Below are positions 52,553 to 64,000 of a stretch of 64,000 bases of DNA, in pieces. This stretch comes from Perkinsus olseni (taxonomy: Eukaryota). Location of the stretch: positions 124,001 through 188,000 of the forward strand of contig JABANN010000003.1 of assembly GCA_013115125.1 (NCBI GenBank), read 5' to 3'. Positions within the stretch are counted from its first letter, which is position 1. Every line of letters begins with the position of its first letter. A model generated the notes under the pieces. It worked only from the letters and a program-made list of their open reading frames with translations. It made no database searches and was not told the origin of the DNA. Made by a program: the position numbers and the translations under genes.

Positions 52553-52926
52553 CCACGCTACAGTACATTGAACGACTGCCTGCTTGAGATGTGTTTTATC
52601 CGCCTCGTTAGCGAGGCTCACTGTGCTGCCTGTCCCAGTAACATTCACCGTAGATTACCGTTGCCTGTCGCCACTTACTGTACTAGAAAGCATTCATTTA
52701 TAGTCGTTCCTTACTAGCATTTAGCTGGCTAGGCTCTACGGGGCTTGCGTGTTTGGTAGTGCCCTCCGCAACCATTGCTTCGCGAAATTACTCGGCCTCG
52801 TATGTTTTGTTCACGGCGAGTTCAACTCGTAGCAACGGGTTCTTGATTTTGTAGTACCTTGTTACTTGTTTCTGCTCTTCCCAGCGCTTTTTATGGTCCG
52901 CCAGAGATCATCTGCCCCGCGCTCAC

Positions 52927-54462
52927 ATGGATGGGATTATCTTTCCGAAGATCATGAGAATAGAGGAGACAGGCCAGGTAACCACGAGTGATGCAAACCG
53001 CTCTTACATACCAGATTCGTGCTTCGTTATTCTCGTTATTCTACCGTTAAGTCTCGTATCATGTCAGTTTTTCCTGTTGTTCTTTGGTGCGGCAATTGCT
53101 TTCCTCAGCGCTGCGGCCTCAGGTTCTGCTACACGTACCCTCATGTTCGTCAGACTTCCTCGAGAAGTTTCAGAAGCAGATTTGGTACAATTAGTAACCA
53201 AATACAGTCCGAAGTCATGCTGTGAAGACGGCTGCGTGGAGTCCACCAAGGTTATTGTTTCGCGTGCGGTCTGGCGACAGCCGTTAATGGCCATTCAGGT
53301 GGTTCGTGATTCATGGGGCCGTTCGCGCTGCTTCGCCTTCGTCCGCTTCGCTCACACTAGCTGTGCTCTTCACGTTAAACGTCACGCGGACAGGCAACAG
53401 GTAGTAGGCTCGTGTTCGCGATGACTAGGCCCGGAGCTTCTTTGCGACTGACACGCCGAGCATTTCTCTGGGTAGATGGTGGCGTATGACCGTTTTGGCA
53501 CGGGCTGGACGGTTGGTGCGACCTGGGCCAAAAACCCGAACAAGGCGGGTGAGAAGGAGAGCAAAAAGAAGGCAAGCAAGAGTCAGAAGAAAAAAGGTGT
53601 GATATTGGTTGGTTGTTTGTCTGGCCAGCCGTGTAGCTCTTCACTTCAGACAAGAAAAGGGCCAGCCCATCGCTAGTAATACCCTCGAACGCACCCGTCC
53701 AACCGTCAGAGGAAGCTTTGCAAATGAACGACATAGCGCAGAGACTGAGGGATGAAGCCATCAGGTCTTTGACGGCTAGACAGCACGGTACTCGGCAAAG
53801 TATAGGGCTAGACAGCAACCATTTCGTGGACAGGAACTCAAGCATCCACGCATTTGACGGAGGTTGTTAACTCTATGCTGGGGATGCCAGTGAGCCCTCT
53901 ATATCCTGCAGACTTCATTAATCCGGCTAGTCGCATATGGTCACTGACGAATCAAGCTACTGTTGGGAGCGACAACTCGGCAGTCCAGCCTATTGGTCCT
54001 CTGCGTAGTACTCTGGTGGGAGACCTGGCTGCTGGGGTACCTGATTGTTCCTTCAGTCGTTCCTCGCTCCGTCCCCAACTATATCTCTGTTGATGACCTT
54101 CAACGGAGCCCTCCTGGATCCGCGTGGCCAACAGGTGTTCAACAGCAGCTATACTCCGGTAGGCTTGTCAACGATAAGGTGACAGAAGGCGTCATGACAT
54201 GTTACCAGATACACCGTCTACCAGTCCAGTCTTCACGCCTGTTCCGGCTGATCAACAAGCTAGCAGCGTCACCGCCCATCATCTCGGTGGTTATGCTCCG
54301 TCCTATTCTGGTAGTGGCGCGCAGACTCGATGGAGGCGATTTGTACCTGCGTTCCTTCAGGCATCCTCGCCCATCCATTTGGATTGTGTAACCCTCTTTC
54401 GATCGACAATCCTCCTCCTAGCGCCGCGTCCTAGGATTCTCTCATATGAGATTTTCAGCTGA
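52927..54462 (+). CDS. RRM RNA-binding protein, multi-exon, low-complexity C-terminus
   Basis: RNP2-like LMFVRLP..SEADL; RNP1 RDSWGRSRCFAFVRF; closing strand WTVGATWAK. The 3' end is uncertain. Confidence 0.7.
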
Positions 54463-57089
54463 ACTTGTTAGTATTTCATACCAGTAGAACCCGTATGAGA
54501 CAACAGTTTTCCAGCGTTGTCATCGGCAGCTCAATCGCTTTATTTCTACGTGCACACCAGTAGAGTATTTCTGTCTATATTTCTGGTCGTGTCCCTCTTT
54601 TCGCAGTGAGTACTTTTCTCCGTCTGTCGTGCCCCATAGTGAACTGGAAATATTCTCTCCTCATCTGTCGCGATATTACTACTAGACAACAGAGACGCAT
54701 CGTCTTCGTGGCTTCCGAGGTCTCCGCCTCGAGCCATGGTTTTTAAGTCGTTTGCGGTTGCTCTGTGTGTGATGCCATCTGTGTGACTAATCATCGATTT
54801 TTGACGTGCTGCCATCCTGTAAGGAGTCTCGAAGTGTATTTGATTCTATTACTCCCCGAACCTATGTGAACCTACACTATTTCAACTCTAGAAGAGTCGT
54901 ATTTTTTAGGTAGTTACTAAATCTTTGACATGGTATCCACGTTGAACACGTTGCTGTTGCGTTCGCAAGCAATAATTTTGTTAACATTCATGTGACATTG
55001 TCCTGAACGATGAGAAGTTAAGAACCGCGTGCACTTGCGGTGATAAAATAGAGCACTTGGGCTGAAACGCAACATGCCCTTTCATAAAATAACAACTGCT
55101 GCCATGATATGATGGCACTTAACAACGATGAATACGAAGTGAAATGTCAACAACTCGTGATGTATTCCGATTATCTACCAAATATTGGTGGTGACTGATT
55201 CTGCATAGCAAAGAAGATCACCCGTGCCTTAAGCACAGCTTGCATGACCCCATTGGAGGACCGATATGTCAGAGCTTCACGTGCATCGCACTTGCAGCTC
55301 AGATTTCAAAACGGCACTCTCAGCGCCGTGTAGGGATTTGTACAGTACCCAAGCACCAGGGCCGAAGCCCATCTAAAAAGGAGCATTTCAATCGTATCCG
55401 CATTATCAAGATGGCATTACAATATTCCAACGCGCAGGACCTCGCTTGATCCTGCTGCTGCAACGCACATAGCTACCAGGAATAGGATGAGGATTGCGGT
55501 GAGGATGGTTGCTAGTGTGATATGACCTGAGAAATCGGGAGGTCAGAAAAATCAAAGTTGATTTAATGGTAGGATGATGGATGATCACGCTTGGCGCGGG
55601 TGGCTCGCCATAATGTCGAGATTTCTTACCTTCGGAGCAGAAGACACTTCGGATCAGACTCGGCGCCATATCCTGGTTTTTAACCATGATGGGATTCAGA
55701 AATGTGATTAGAGCGAGAAAAGAAGGTCGCTGAGAATGTTCACTCCAGCGCTGTCGCGAAAGAAGTTTTTCTCTGACTCTCACCGATAACCAACTCAAAG
55801 CACTCGCACAGATTAAACATCAGGGGACCACTCTTCGCTCGCCCCGGAGATGCTGTAATCATCCATGCCAGTTCCTTCAGGAATCTACGGGCATGCGAAG
55901 AAACACTACTAAGAGGACTACGATCTGTACTGCGAATTACATTCAACTCTGCTAGCAGCTGCCGTTTCTGCTTGTCCTTCTCCAGCCTGACGAAAACACA
56001 CCCACATGGCTCACACCGTTGTGAGCATCAGAGGCAGACGAGATCATATAAAAGCCTCAACATGAAAGACCCACACAAAAACCTCTGTTGAGCCCGAGCA
56101 TGGCTTTCACAGACACTCATGTCTCGAAGATATCGATTCCTACTTTCTAGCTTCCTCCTGTAACCTTCGGAATTCTTCCGTTACGTATGGGACCTGAGGT
56201 GAAGGGAGTACTCGGTAAGACGTAGCAAGTTGGACGATAGCATCATCCAACCGTGATCGACGGTATCGTCCCGATACCAAGCTGATCCAGTAGGATGCGC
56301 CAATAGTGAAGGAATCCGCAGCGTGGAGCGCGGATTCCCGGGTATGATGAGGCTTGCACAAAGGGAGGAGCCCCACGAAGTACTACGGTATATTACGTGA
56401 TATGCACAAGTCGGGTTTCGAATCAGATTGAGTAGCGGGTTCTTTGCCATGGCCTCGTCTTTCTCACGAGTAACCGTTTCCTGGGTAGATCCTTCACCAT
56501 CATCCTCTGCAAGAAAACGAATCATTCTTTAATCGCGAATCTGGCGATACAGGACGACTCGAAAATGCAAATCTCAGCCAAGGACGTATGTGCTACTCTA
56601 CACTGAGCGCTACAAATAATCGATTCGAGCGAGGAGTGAACGGAGTGCTGGTTAATTCACCTCCATCAGTTGGTTTCTTGACGGTAGGGTTGACATTCTC
56701 AGTAATCTTCCGAGTAGAGTACCTTGGGTGAACACGGTATCCCCGAGACCGGATCGGGTCTCCCAACGCCGCTAATATAACTCACTCTAGAATATCTTTC
56801 ATTGTTGCTCGTCCTGGTTGGTCCGTCTGCGTTTTGTCACTGGCGAGTTCAGCGTCCTGCTGCATTTTCAGAACTCGTTCATCGTCCCAATTCTCCCAAA
56901 ATTGAAGTCCTGCCAGACAAACGGATGGGGCAGCATCCGCCAGTTATCGGCTTGTTTCGACAGAAACAGCTTGTAGTTACATACGCCCGACCCTAGTGCG
57001 AATAACCCGCGTCGATACCTCGCAGGCCAGTTCCTCAAGGCGGATAAGTGAGCTAGTTCTACCAAGGGGATGCATCACTCGGTGTCACT

Positions 57090-58160
57090 CACCGAGAAGT
57101 TTCTTTCGGACAAGTTCCTGCAAGTGGAAAGCCGGAAACGTGATGTTCGGGAAGGTGTCGGCCAGTTCAGCGAAATCGTCGAAGTGCCTTACCAGGGAAG
57201 GAACGGACTGTGAAAGCGGCAACATTTTTCGCAAGCCTACTTACAGACGCTCCCAGTGGCCGTCGCGAAAGAGACCCAGCGCCCGCTTGTTATTCAAGGG
57301 GAATACTGGGGCACTATCGACACCAGGCGGACGGTACGCGAAGAACTCTTTAAGCTCGCTCTTTGAGACCTAGGAGATCAGGGAGTCTGTGAGTGGCGTA
57401 GCAAGCACTCTTTTGACCAAGGTATAAGCGTTAGGTAAAAGATACGCTACTTAGGCATGAAAACAAGAGCGCTTCGGGTGAGTCAATTCATAGAGCGTTG
57501 ATGACTCCCTCAAGCAAACCATCCCGCTTACGTATCCATTGCGGTCCGAGTCAACAACAATAAAAAAGAACTGAAGCACTTCTTCTCTGGAGAGGGCGCA
57601 GAAGCTCGTGAAGGAGACGATGAAGTCGTCGAAGGAAAGATTTCCTGAAGTCAAGGCAGCGAGCTTCACCTGGAATGTCAGAGTCAAAAAGGCGAGTATC
57701 TTCCACGAATCTCACCGTCGTTGCCTCTGTCCGCAAAATAAAACAAGGAGTGGATGAGAGGTGCCACTGTTGAGTTGGTCTGCTCTTTGACTAGTATGAA
57801 GCACTCAGCGAGTGTCCAGAACCCGTTACCTGACCAATCGCCACACACTGCGTTCGTTTCCGCGATTCACGTCAAGTCGAACGATCGTGATCCTTACGAT
57901 CCCTGTCGATGGTGGTGAAAACCTCCCAAAGCTTTTCCATCTCCGCTTTCCTGATGCGATAATGCGACAAAATTTGTTTGGAGCGGTGCTCTATAGGAGG
58001 AAGAGGCAGCCTCTGGCCCATCGCATATGTTGGATAACAGAGAAACTACAACTGCTGCGGATCTCATGAAACTCTGCGATCAGGATGGACGCCCGTTGAA
58101 ATTCGGCGACGACCGGCCCCATCACATCTTGCCTCTCTTGAGCGAACTTGAATTTCCTCA
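57090..58160 (-). CDS. EF-hand calcium-binding protein (calcineurin B-like fold); further exons probably extend towards about 55400
   Basis: LWEVFTTIDRD-GNGFWTLAEC, GNLSFDDFIVSFTSFCALSREEVLQFFFIVVDSDRNG, VSKSELKEF, FDDFAELADTFPNITFPAFHLQ. Confidence 0.7.
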
Positions 58161-58370
58161 AGACTTTAATGGCAAATTAGGGTTGGAGTGCGATGTCGGT
58201 GCAGAGTGTTTCTCTTAGGGATAAAATCTGCGTAGCCTCGCCCGGAGTTAGTGAACCACCTTTACACCCGCTGCTTCGCTTGGATCGCACATCTCACTCA
58301 TCAGCCAGATCTCATGAGTTACTCAGGATGAGCATGTGCAATTGAAATTCGAAAGGTTACTTTGGTTCTC

Positions 58371-60769
58371 ATGTCGGATGCCTCTCGATCGCGAGTGGCT
58401 ATGGGAGGGCGGAAGGTGAAAGCGATGGACGATATGCTGGAGGAACTGAAGGAGAAACACAAACGCCAGGTAGTCGGCAGGCGATTTGAAACCTCACTGG
58501 GGGAGAGACCCCGAGTGTTCTCTGGAAGGGTACCCTGAGTTCATGATTCTGTGGTCTAACTCAGCAGTTGCGAGACCACCTTCGTCATATCTTCCCGACT
58601 TCCATTGTTTTCTGAGCCTTGATGACGTCAGGCTGCTCGCCGTGCTGAAGCAAAGCAGCTTGCAGCGAATGCTGAGAGGGTCAATGTTAAAGTGCCTCAT
58701 GAGGTAGACCCTGAGACTGGAGAAGACAATTTAATGATGTATGCTCGACTCGGTGTTGCCCTCGCTCGCCAACTTTATGGACAGGTATATTGATAAGATT
58801 AGCAAGTATGTTGCGAGGCACGGCAGAGAGTTTGAAAAGTGATATTCAGGGAACACAACGGTTGGACATTGGAGCTGCTTTAGGTATCTTGAGACTCTTG
58901 CCAATGAGGGCGACAAGCGACTACAGTTCCTATTGCAACCGCTTGACTCACTAGCTAGTGTCTACTACCGGTGGCGAGTGTGCGCCTATCTCAATGGTGA
59001 CACACAGGTAGTAGAAATCGGCAAAGGAAATCATTTGTAGCCCTCGGTCCATCATAGACGCAATATTCGACGACGCCTTTTATGATTTACGGGCAAGGAC
59101 ACTTATGGGTACCTCCTGGCCGCTCCGAGACAAAGGGTGATGAGAATTCGGAGAACACTGTCAAAACAAACGAGAAGTAGGAGAGAACTGAACGCCTGTT
59201 GAAGCTCCTGTCCGCTGATCCTTTCAGATTTGAATCTACTGTCCTATCGGAGGAAGATCGTACGTACTTGCTGAGGCACCTCTTGCCGAATCTCAGCACC
59301 AAGCGGGGGAGCATCCGAGATGCTATGGTCTGGTGTATTGACAGATCGAGGGCTGCCGACGATTTAATATCCCAGCTTTATCCGAGTGAGTTGATCTAGA
59401 ACTGGCTCGTACCCTAGCTCAGAACTAGTGGGACCCCTTGTCTATCATCCTTTGCCCTCTAGTGCATTATTGGATTTCGTTTTCGCCCGCCCAATCAGTA
59501 TAGATCGCCCAATAATTCTTCGTATCAGATATCTCTCAAGGCTCTGCAACAGCGCTGTCCGAAACACCGCTACGATCCGTCGCATCGGCCTATCTCATTA
59601 ATGATTTGCTGCACAATGCAGGAGCGTCTACCGCGAAAGCTGGCTGGCAGTTTAGATCTGCTCTCGAGAAGATGCTGCCTCCCCTAGCAGCTCAGATTGC
59701 GGAAGGAGGGGTAGGGCTCGGGAATAGGGCTTCGATTAGTGGCTAAGAGTAGATGGCAATTTCTGGGGTCTTCCACGTCCTCAGATCTTCGCCAGTGTGA
59801 GTTGCGTGACACCCTGTGGAAGTTCTTATTTGCTCTTGTGCTGTTCGAGAAGACACCCGAGCTAGTCGAAGCGTGGCGGAGCTGTGCGGCGTCGTGGATA
59901 TCAAGGGAGCTTTTCGACCATCACTTCGTCCGAGGCGTTTTATTGGAGCTTGACGGGCCGCCTAAAGAAGAGGATGAGGAAGTGATTCTCACGGAGAAGG
60001 ACAACGACCAGATTACGGAGTGGAGAGAGTACGACGATTCCCAGCTTGACAAGGTAGTAGCGGAAGATAAATGTATTTCCTATAGAGCTGAAGCCGTACT
60101 TTTTGCTCTGGGTAGGTTTGTGAGACGCACGGGATCTCGGTCCTGAAGCGGAACAAGGATGATAAGTTACTTCAACTGACACGGTGGCTCACGAAGGTTG
60201 CCGGAGACAGACAAGAGCTGGACGGTTTGGACGTTTCTGACGACGATATCTCGGAACTCAGTCACGAGGACGAGGAGATGTCGGACGGGGAACCGTTAGA
60301 GGAGGATGATTCCGAGGCTGTGCCTGACAGCTGGGAGACTCTTGATGACAATCCTGATGAGGACGACGTTGACGGCGAGCCTGTTGAGAGCGCTGAACCA
60401 GCGTCTGCGCTCAGCTTTGGTGTTTCAGCCCCTACGATGGGCCCGAAAATTACAGCGGAGCGAAAGCCGGCCTCCACGGTAGCTACCGTCAACAACGACC
60501 GGGTTCAGGTGGTTGCTGACATATCAAGTTTGATGGTTGAGCTACCAACTCCCAAAGTAGCGCCTGCGAAGCGCCGTGAACGCAGTTGGAGTGAAAGTCG
60601 CCGCAGGAGAGGCCGGAGTCGTAGTGACAGCCGCGACAGAAGACGATCTCGAAGGAGATCAAGATCTCGGGAGAGGAGTCGTCGGCGCCATAGGTCGAAG
60701 CCGAATGTTACGCGTAGCACTAGTCGTGACAGGGCGCGTCATCGAGAACGAGGTCGTCGCCGCGACTGA
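58371..60769 (+). CDS. U2SURP: U2 snRNP-associated SURP-domain protein (SR140-like): SURP + CID + acidic + RS tail
   Basis: IDKISKYVARHGREFE..FLL..VYYRWRV..GD..PFMIY..WVPP (SURP region); RGSIRDAMVWCID and YLINDLLHNA (CID); C-terminal RS/RD tract. Confidence 0.82.
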
Positions 60770-60918
60770 TATTTTGCACAGTTTGTGATAATTTAAACGA
60801 TTTCCCCGCCCCTTATCATGTCGAGTTGAGAAGTGATCGTGCCGAGAGAGCGGCGTCTGTTATCGATGGTAACCCGACATCAGCATTCAACTCAACAGTA
60901 TCGTTCAAAAAAGGATAA

Positions 60919-61790
60919 TCAAGTGCTATGCACGGAGGCGGTGTCCTCTGGATCTTCTGTGATCACAGGGAGACTGCCTGGACTCGGACCACCGGACACA
61001 CGCGCTAGGGCTTGCTGTCTGATTTCTAGAGGTGGCAATGCGGTCGGTTGCCCGAACCTGTTAGATCCACACGGAAACCTAACCCCATTTCGTGGTGACT
61101 TACGCAGCAGCGGCCCATAAGAGTTGATTGGCGGCTGCACCCTTGACACTGTTCAGCTGCCGCATTTCACACACATATTGCCACGAGAAGTACGAGGCAG
61201 TGAAGCTCACCTACAGCAAACAGATGCGATGGCGGGTAGATGCCCGCGTACCGCTGGACTGAGTACGAGCAGCGAGTTAGCCAGCGTGAGGGGGAAGGGG
61301 TTGGGCATGAAGAGCACGGACAGTAGCTGCAGGGCCTGGGCTGAGCCCTGGAGGAAGGCGAAGACTACATACGTCTTGAGCCGATCAGGGTCTGAATGAG
61401 AGTGTCGCGTCATTCCGGCCGATTGTTCACAGACATACTCCTGTCGGGCAATGCATTGACAACGCCGAGGAGGCCAAGCATGCCATTATATATCCCGCTG
61501 TAGAGATCCATCGTGTAGGCTTGGGCCAGGCCTACCCCCACATGCGCCGCCGTCAACGATTGCACCGCTCTCCTGAAGTCACAGCCAATGCTCAATCATT
61601 TGCCCGTTATATCCTAGCGCTCCTCACAGGAGGAACCATGCCCGTGAGTTATCTCTCTGCGTTGGCTCAACCTCACATTCAGGCGCTACTGAGGTTTGAG
61701 CTACAGGCGCCGGCATGGTTCTGAGCATGCTCGGGGGAGGAGGCGGCGCCATGGCCATCACCGCACCTGATGATGACGCTCTCATAGGGA
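60919..61790 (-). CDS. Hypothetical small membrane protein, multi-exon
   Basis: Pro-rich N-terminus (MAPPPPPS), then 3-4 hydrophobic segments (AHVGVGLAQA, GMLGLLGVV, LKTYVVFAFLQG, LANSLLVL) separated by GT-AG introns. Confidence 0.45.
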
Positions 61791-62431
61791 CCCCACAACA
61801 GGAGGCTCCGTCCAGCAGGTTCAAGGACGGACCATACGGGCTCAGCGAGCGGTTTGCCCTAGGGCTCTAATGCTCTGTCAGAAAAGCTTTATTCCAAGGT
61901 GGCGTCGAAGGGGATCGGCCTGCCCAGCTTTGACATCGTTGAGCCTTGATCACCACTCCCCGACTAACCTGCAGGAGTCGCCATACGAGTCACCGAGAGC
62001 AACCCCTGTAACATCATCATCGCGGACGTAGCGAGATCTGCGAACCCCTCGATCTCCTCTCCCTTGTCGCGTTCCTGCTGGAAGGTTGTTGACGTCGATA
62101 CTGGTATGAATGTGAGGAAGTCGCAGGTGTTCTTTGGTCGAGATCGGCAGCTGTCCGACACTCCTCGCGAGAGGGGAGCCACGTCGAGAAAATCAAACAT
62201 GATTCGTATTGAGACTGGACCGACTCGGTAACACCGAGCTTGGCGAGTCGCCGCGGAAGCCGGCTTGACAAACTACAACCCAAGACCGAATGAGTGGAGA
62301 AAAAATCGTTTGCTTTTCCAAACATGTTTGGAATATTAAGTGTCTGCGAATAGGTGTTTCAGCGGAAGCCGTGGCTCGAAAAGCCTAAGATCTTTCTTTC
62401 AAAGCCAAATTTCCAGCCAGCCCTCTGTAAG

Positions 62432-64000
62432 TTAGCCCTCCTCAAGACTGAGCAAAAGGTGCGTGTGGCTGCCAGAGAATTGGAGCCTGTCCACATAATC
62501 AGGCAGGGGTTCGACCAAATCGTGAACCTTCGACGTGACATTCTCGAAGCCGAATGAAGACACTTCAACCCTGGGCTTCTCTCCGAGAGCGAATTCCTGG
62601 GGATCCCAGTCGACCTCGACGCGCCACTCAATGCTGTCGTGCTCGCCCCCTTGGTCGAAGTTCAGCCAATGGCAGTTGCAGTCAGCTCTCACTGGAGGAA
62701 GCCTCCCTCTCAAAGAGGGGAACCCGACCAGGCCTTCATGGGGCACTGTCATCACCATGTGCTGCGAGTTCTTCGCGGTAGCAATAATTGTAGTTCGCAC
62801 AACTCCTGTATCCAACTTGACAGGCCTCTCTGCACGTACCACAAAGTCGCTCCAGTTGCCGTGATGCTCAACTTTGACTCGTCTCAGATCCTTAACTACA
62901 GATTGTAGCGGGAAATAGTAGGGCGCCCCGTTACCGTAAACAGCCTCCGTATTCTTGACATCCCACAGCTGTTTCGATGATTTGAAGATATCGCCTGCAA
63001 GTGGTTCGAAATGGTTGACATCGTACGGACACATGTATAGGAAGGACTCATTAGAGTCCACGTGATTAACATGAAAAGTGAACATCCGTTTGGGCCTGTC
63101 GGGGCTGTAGGGGAAAAGATAGTTTCCGCCGAGCACGACGGTGGCCGCCACTGCCATCAAGAACCCCGCGAGCAGCGCCCGCTCGATCTGTAACGTTCCA
63201 CCGATCCTACGAGCGAGAGCAAATGGTATGTCGCCCATTGCAGAGATACAGAGAATGATAGGTGAAAACACGACGAGGCCAACCACGATTTCTGGCGGGA
63301 CCATAGTACCACTGCGAGCTCCGAGGGGCACCTGGCAAGCAGGTCACTATCGTTGTCGCGCGGGCGGATTCTCACCAAGAGATCGAAGGCAGCAGGCATG
63401 AGCTGGAGTGTGACTATAATCGGAATGGTGTATCCTGCTACGAAAGACATAAAATGGCGCCCTGTGTAGACGTATCTGAAGGGAAACAGGTAGTGCCAGT
63501 CGACTCCGCCAAGGCATCTTACATCAGCGGTAAGGTGCACCATAGAAATGACAGATAACTCGATGTTGGCACCAACAAGGTATGGCCCAAACAAATAATG
63601 GCCGCCACAAGACGGCATGTCCAGAATATATCCCCAGGAGAACTCTGAGAAGGAAGTACAACAACGCCTGAGGAAGCGGCGACTTCCACTACCTCGTCGC
63701 TCTTCCCGGCGATACGACGTTTCGCGAAGAAATATCCGGCTACCGCTGGAAACAGAAACAAGGGGACTGTCAGCCAAGTGTGGTTCTGGTAGGCTAGTCT
63801 GTATCCCTTTGGGACGAGGAACATAGCTATCGCGCCGTAGCCTAGTGCTCCGCAAAGCTCCGCGAAGAAGAATGCTCCGATGAGCCATGGTCTCGGCGAG
63901 AGCTGAAAGTAACCATTTCTCAACCCCGTGGTTATGCAGGCAGTTTCTCACCGTCAAATTTGATAAGGACAGCATTAGAACAACAAGGGCAGAAGTGATG
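62432..64000 (-). CDS. ERMP1: 3' part of ER metallopeptidase 1 (M28 family, ERMP1/FXNA-like)
   Basis: Multiple transmembrane segments, GARSGTMVPPEIVVG, FPYSPDRPKRMFTFH, then a lumenal beta-rich tail. The gene begins beyond the window, so the catalytic domain is not seen. Confidence 0.75.

Noticed and set aside
46064-60769. Apparent clustering of RNA-processing genes (poly-PHAX, RRM, U2SURP) as a functional locus
   Set aside because: They are on mixed strands, are interleaved with unrelated genes and belong to a common functional class, so chance is sufficient.
60576-60769. Repetitive AGA/CGA/TCG tract
   Set aside because: Explained by the RS domain of U2SURP; not a DNA repeat.

Overview
Gene-dense eukaryotic genomic DNA with many short (about 40-90 nt) GT-AG introns and occasional GC-AG introns. 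The style (short introns, GK-repeat tails, single-domain EF-hand cation channel, flagellar gene) suggests an alveolate protist, most likely Perkinsus-like; this is an inference. The six-frame ORF track mostly shows exon fragments, so gene models were spliced by hand and many ends are approximate. Recognisable genes: IFT122, an intronless MFS sugar porter, a Myb/SANT protein, an intronless ankyrin-NAD-glutamate dehydrogenase, DBP2/p68 helicase, a one-domain voltage-gated channel, TM9SF/EMP70, a multidomain sirtuin, a UPF0014 (FetB/STAR2) permease, choline dehydrogenase, two tandem PHD-finger paralogues, a KNL2/M18BP1-like SANT protein, an ankyrin-TKL kinase, a mitochondrial carrier, an RRM protein, an EF-hand protein, U2SURP and the ERMP1 3' end. 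The most striking item is a gene of about 5 kb whose spliced product carries 6-7 tandem PHAX-type RNA-binding domains; canonical PHAX has one. Next is a sirtuin fused to an N-terminal zf-UBP and a C-terminal duplicated C2H2+CCHC zinc module. No rRNA, tRNA, CRISPR or intact transposase was seen. Family assignments come from remembered motifs, not database searches.
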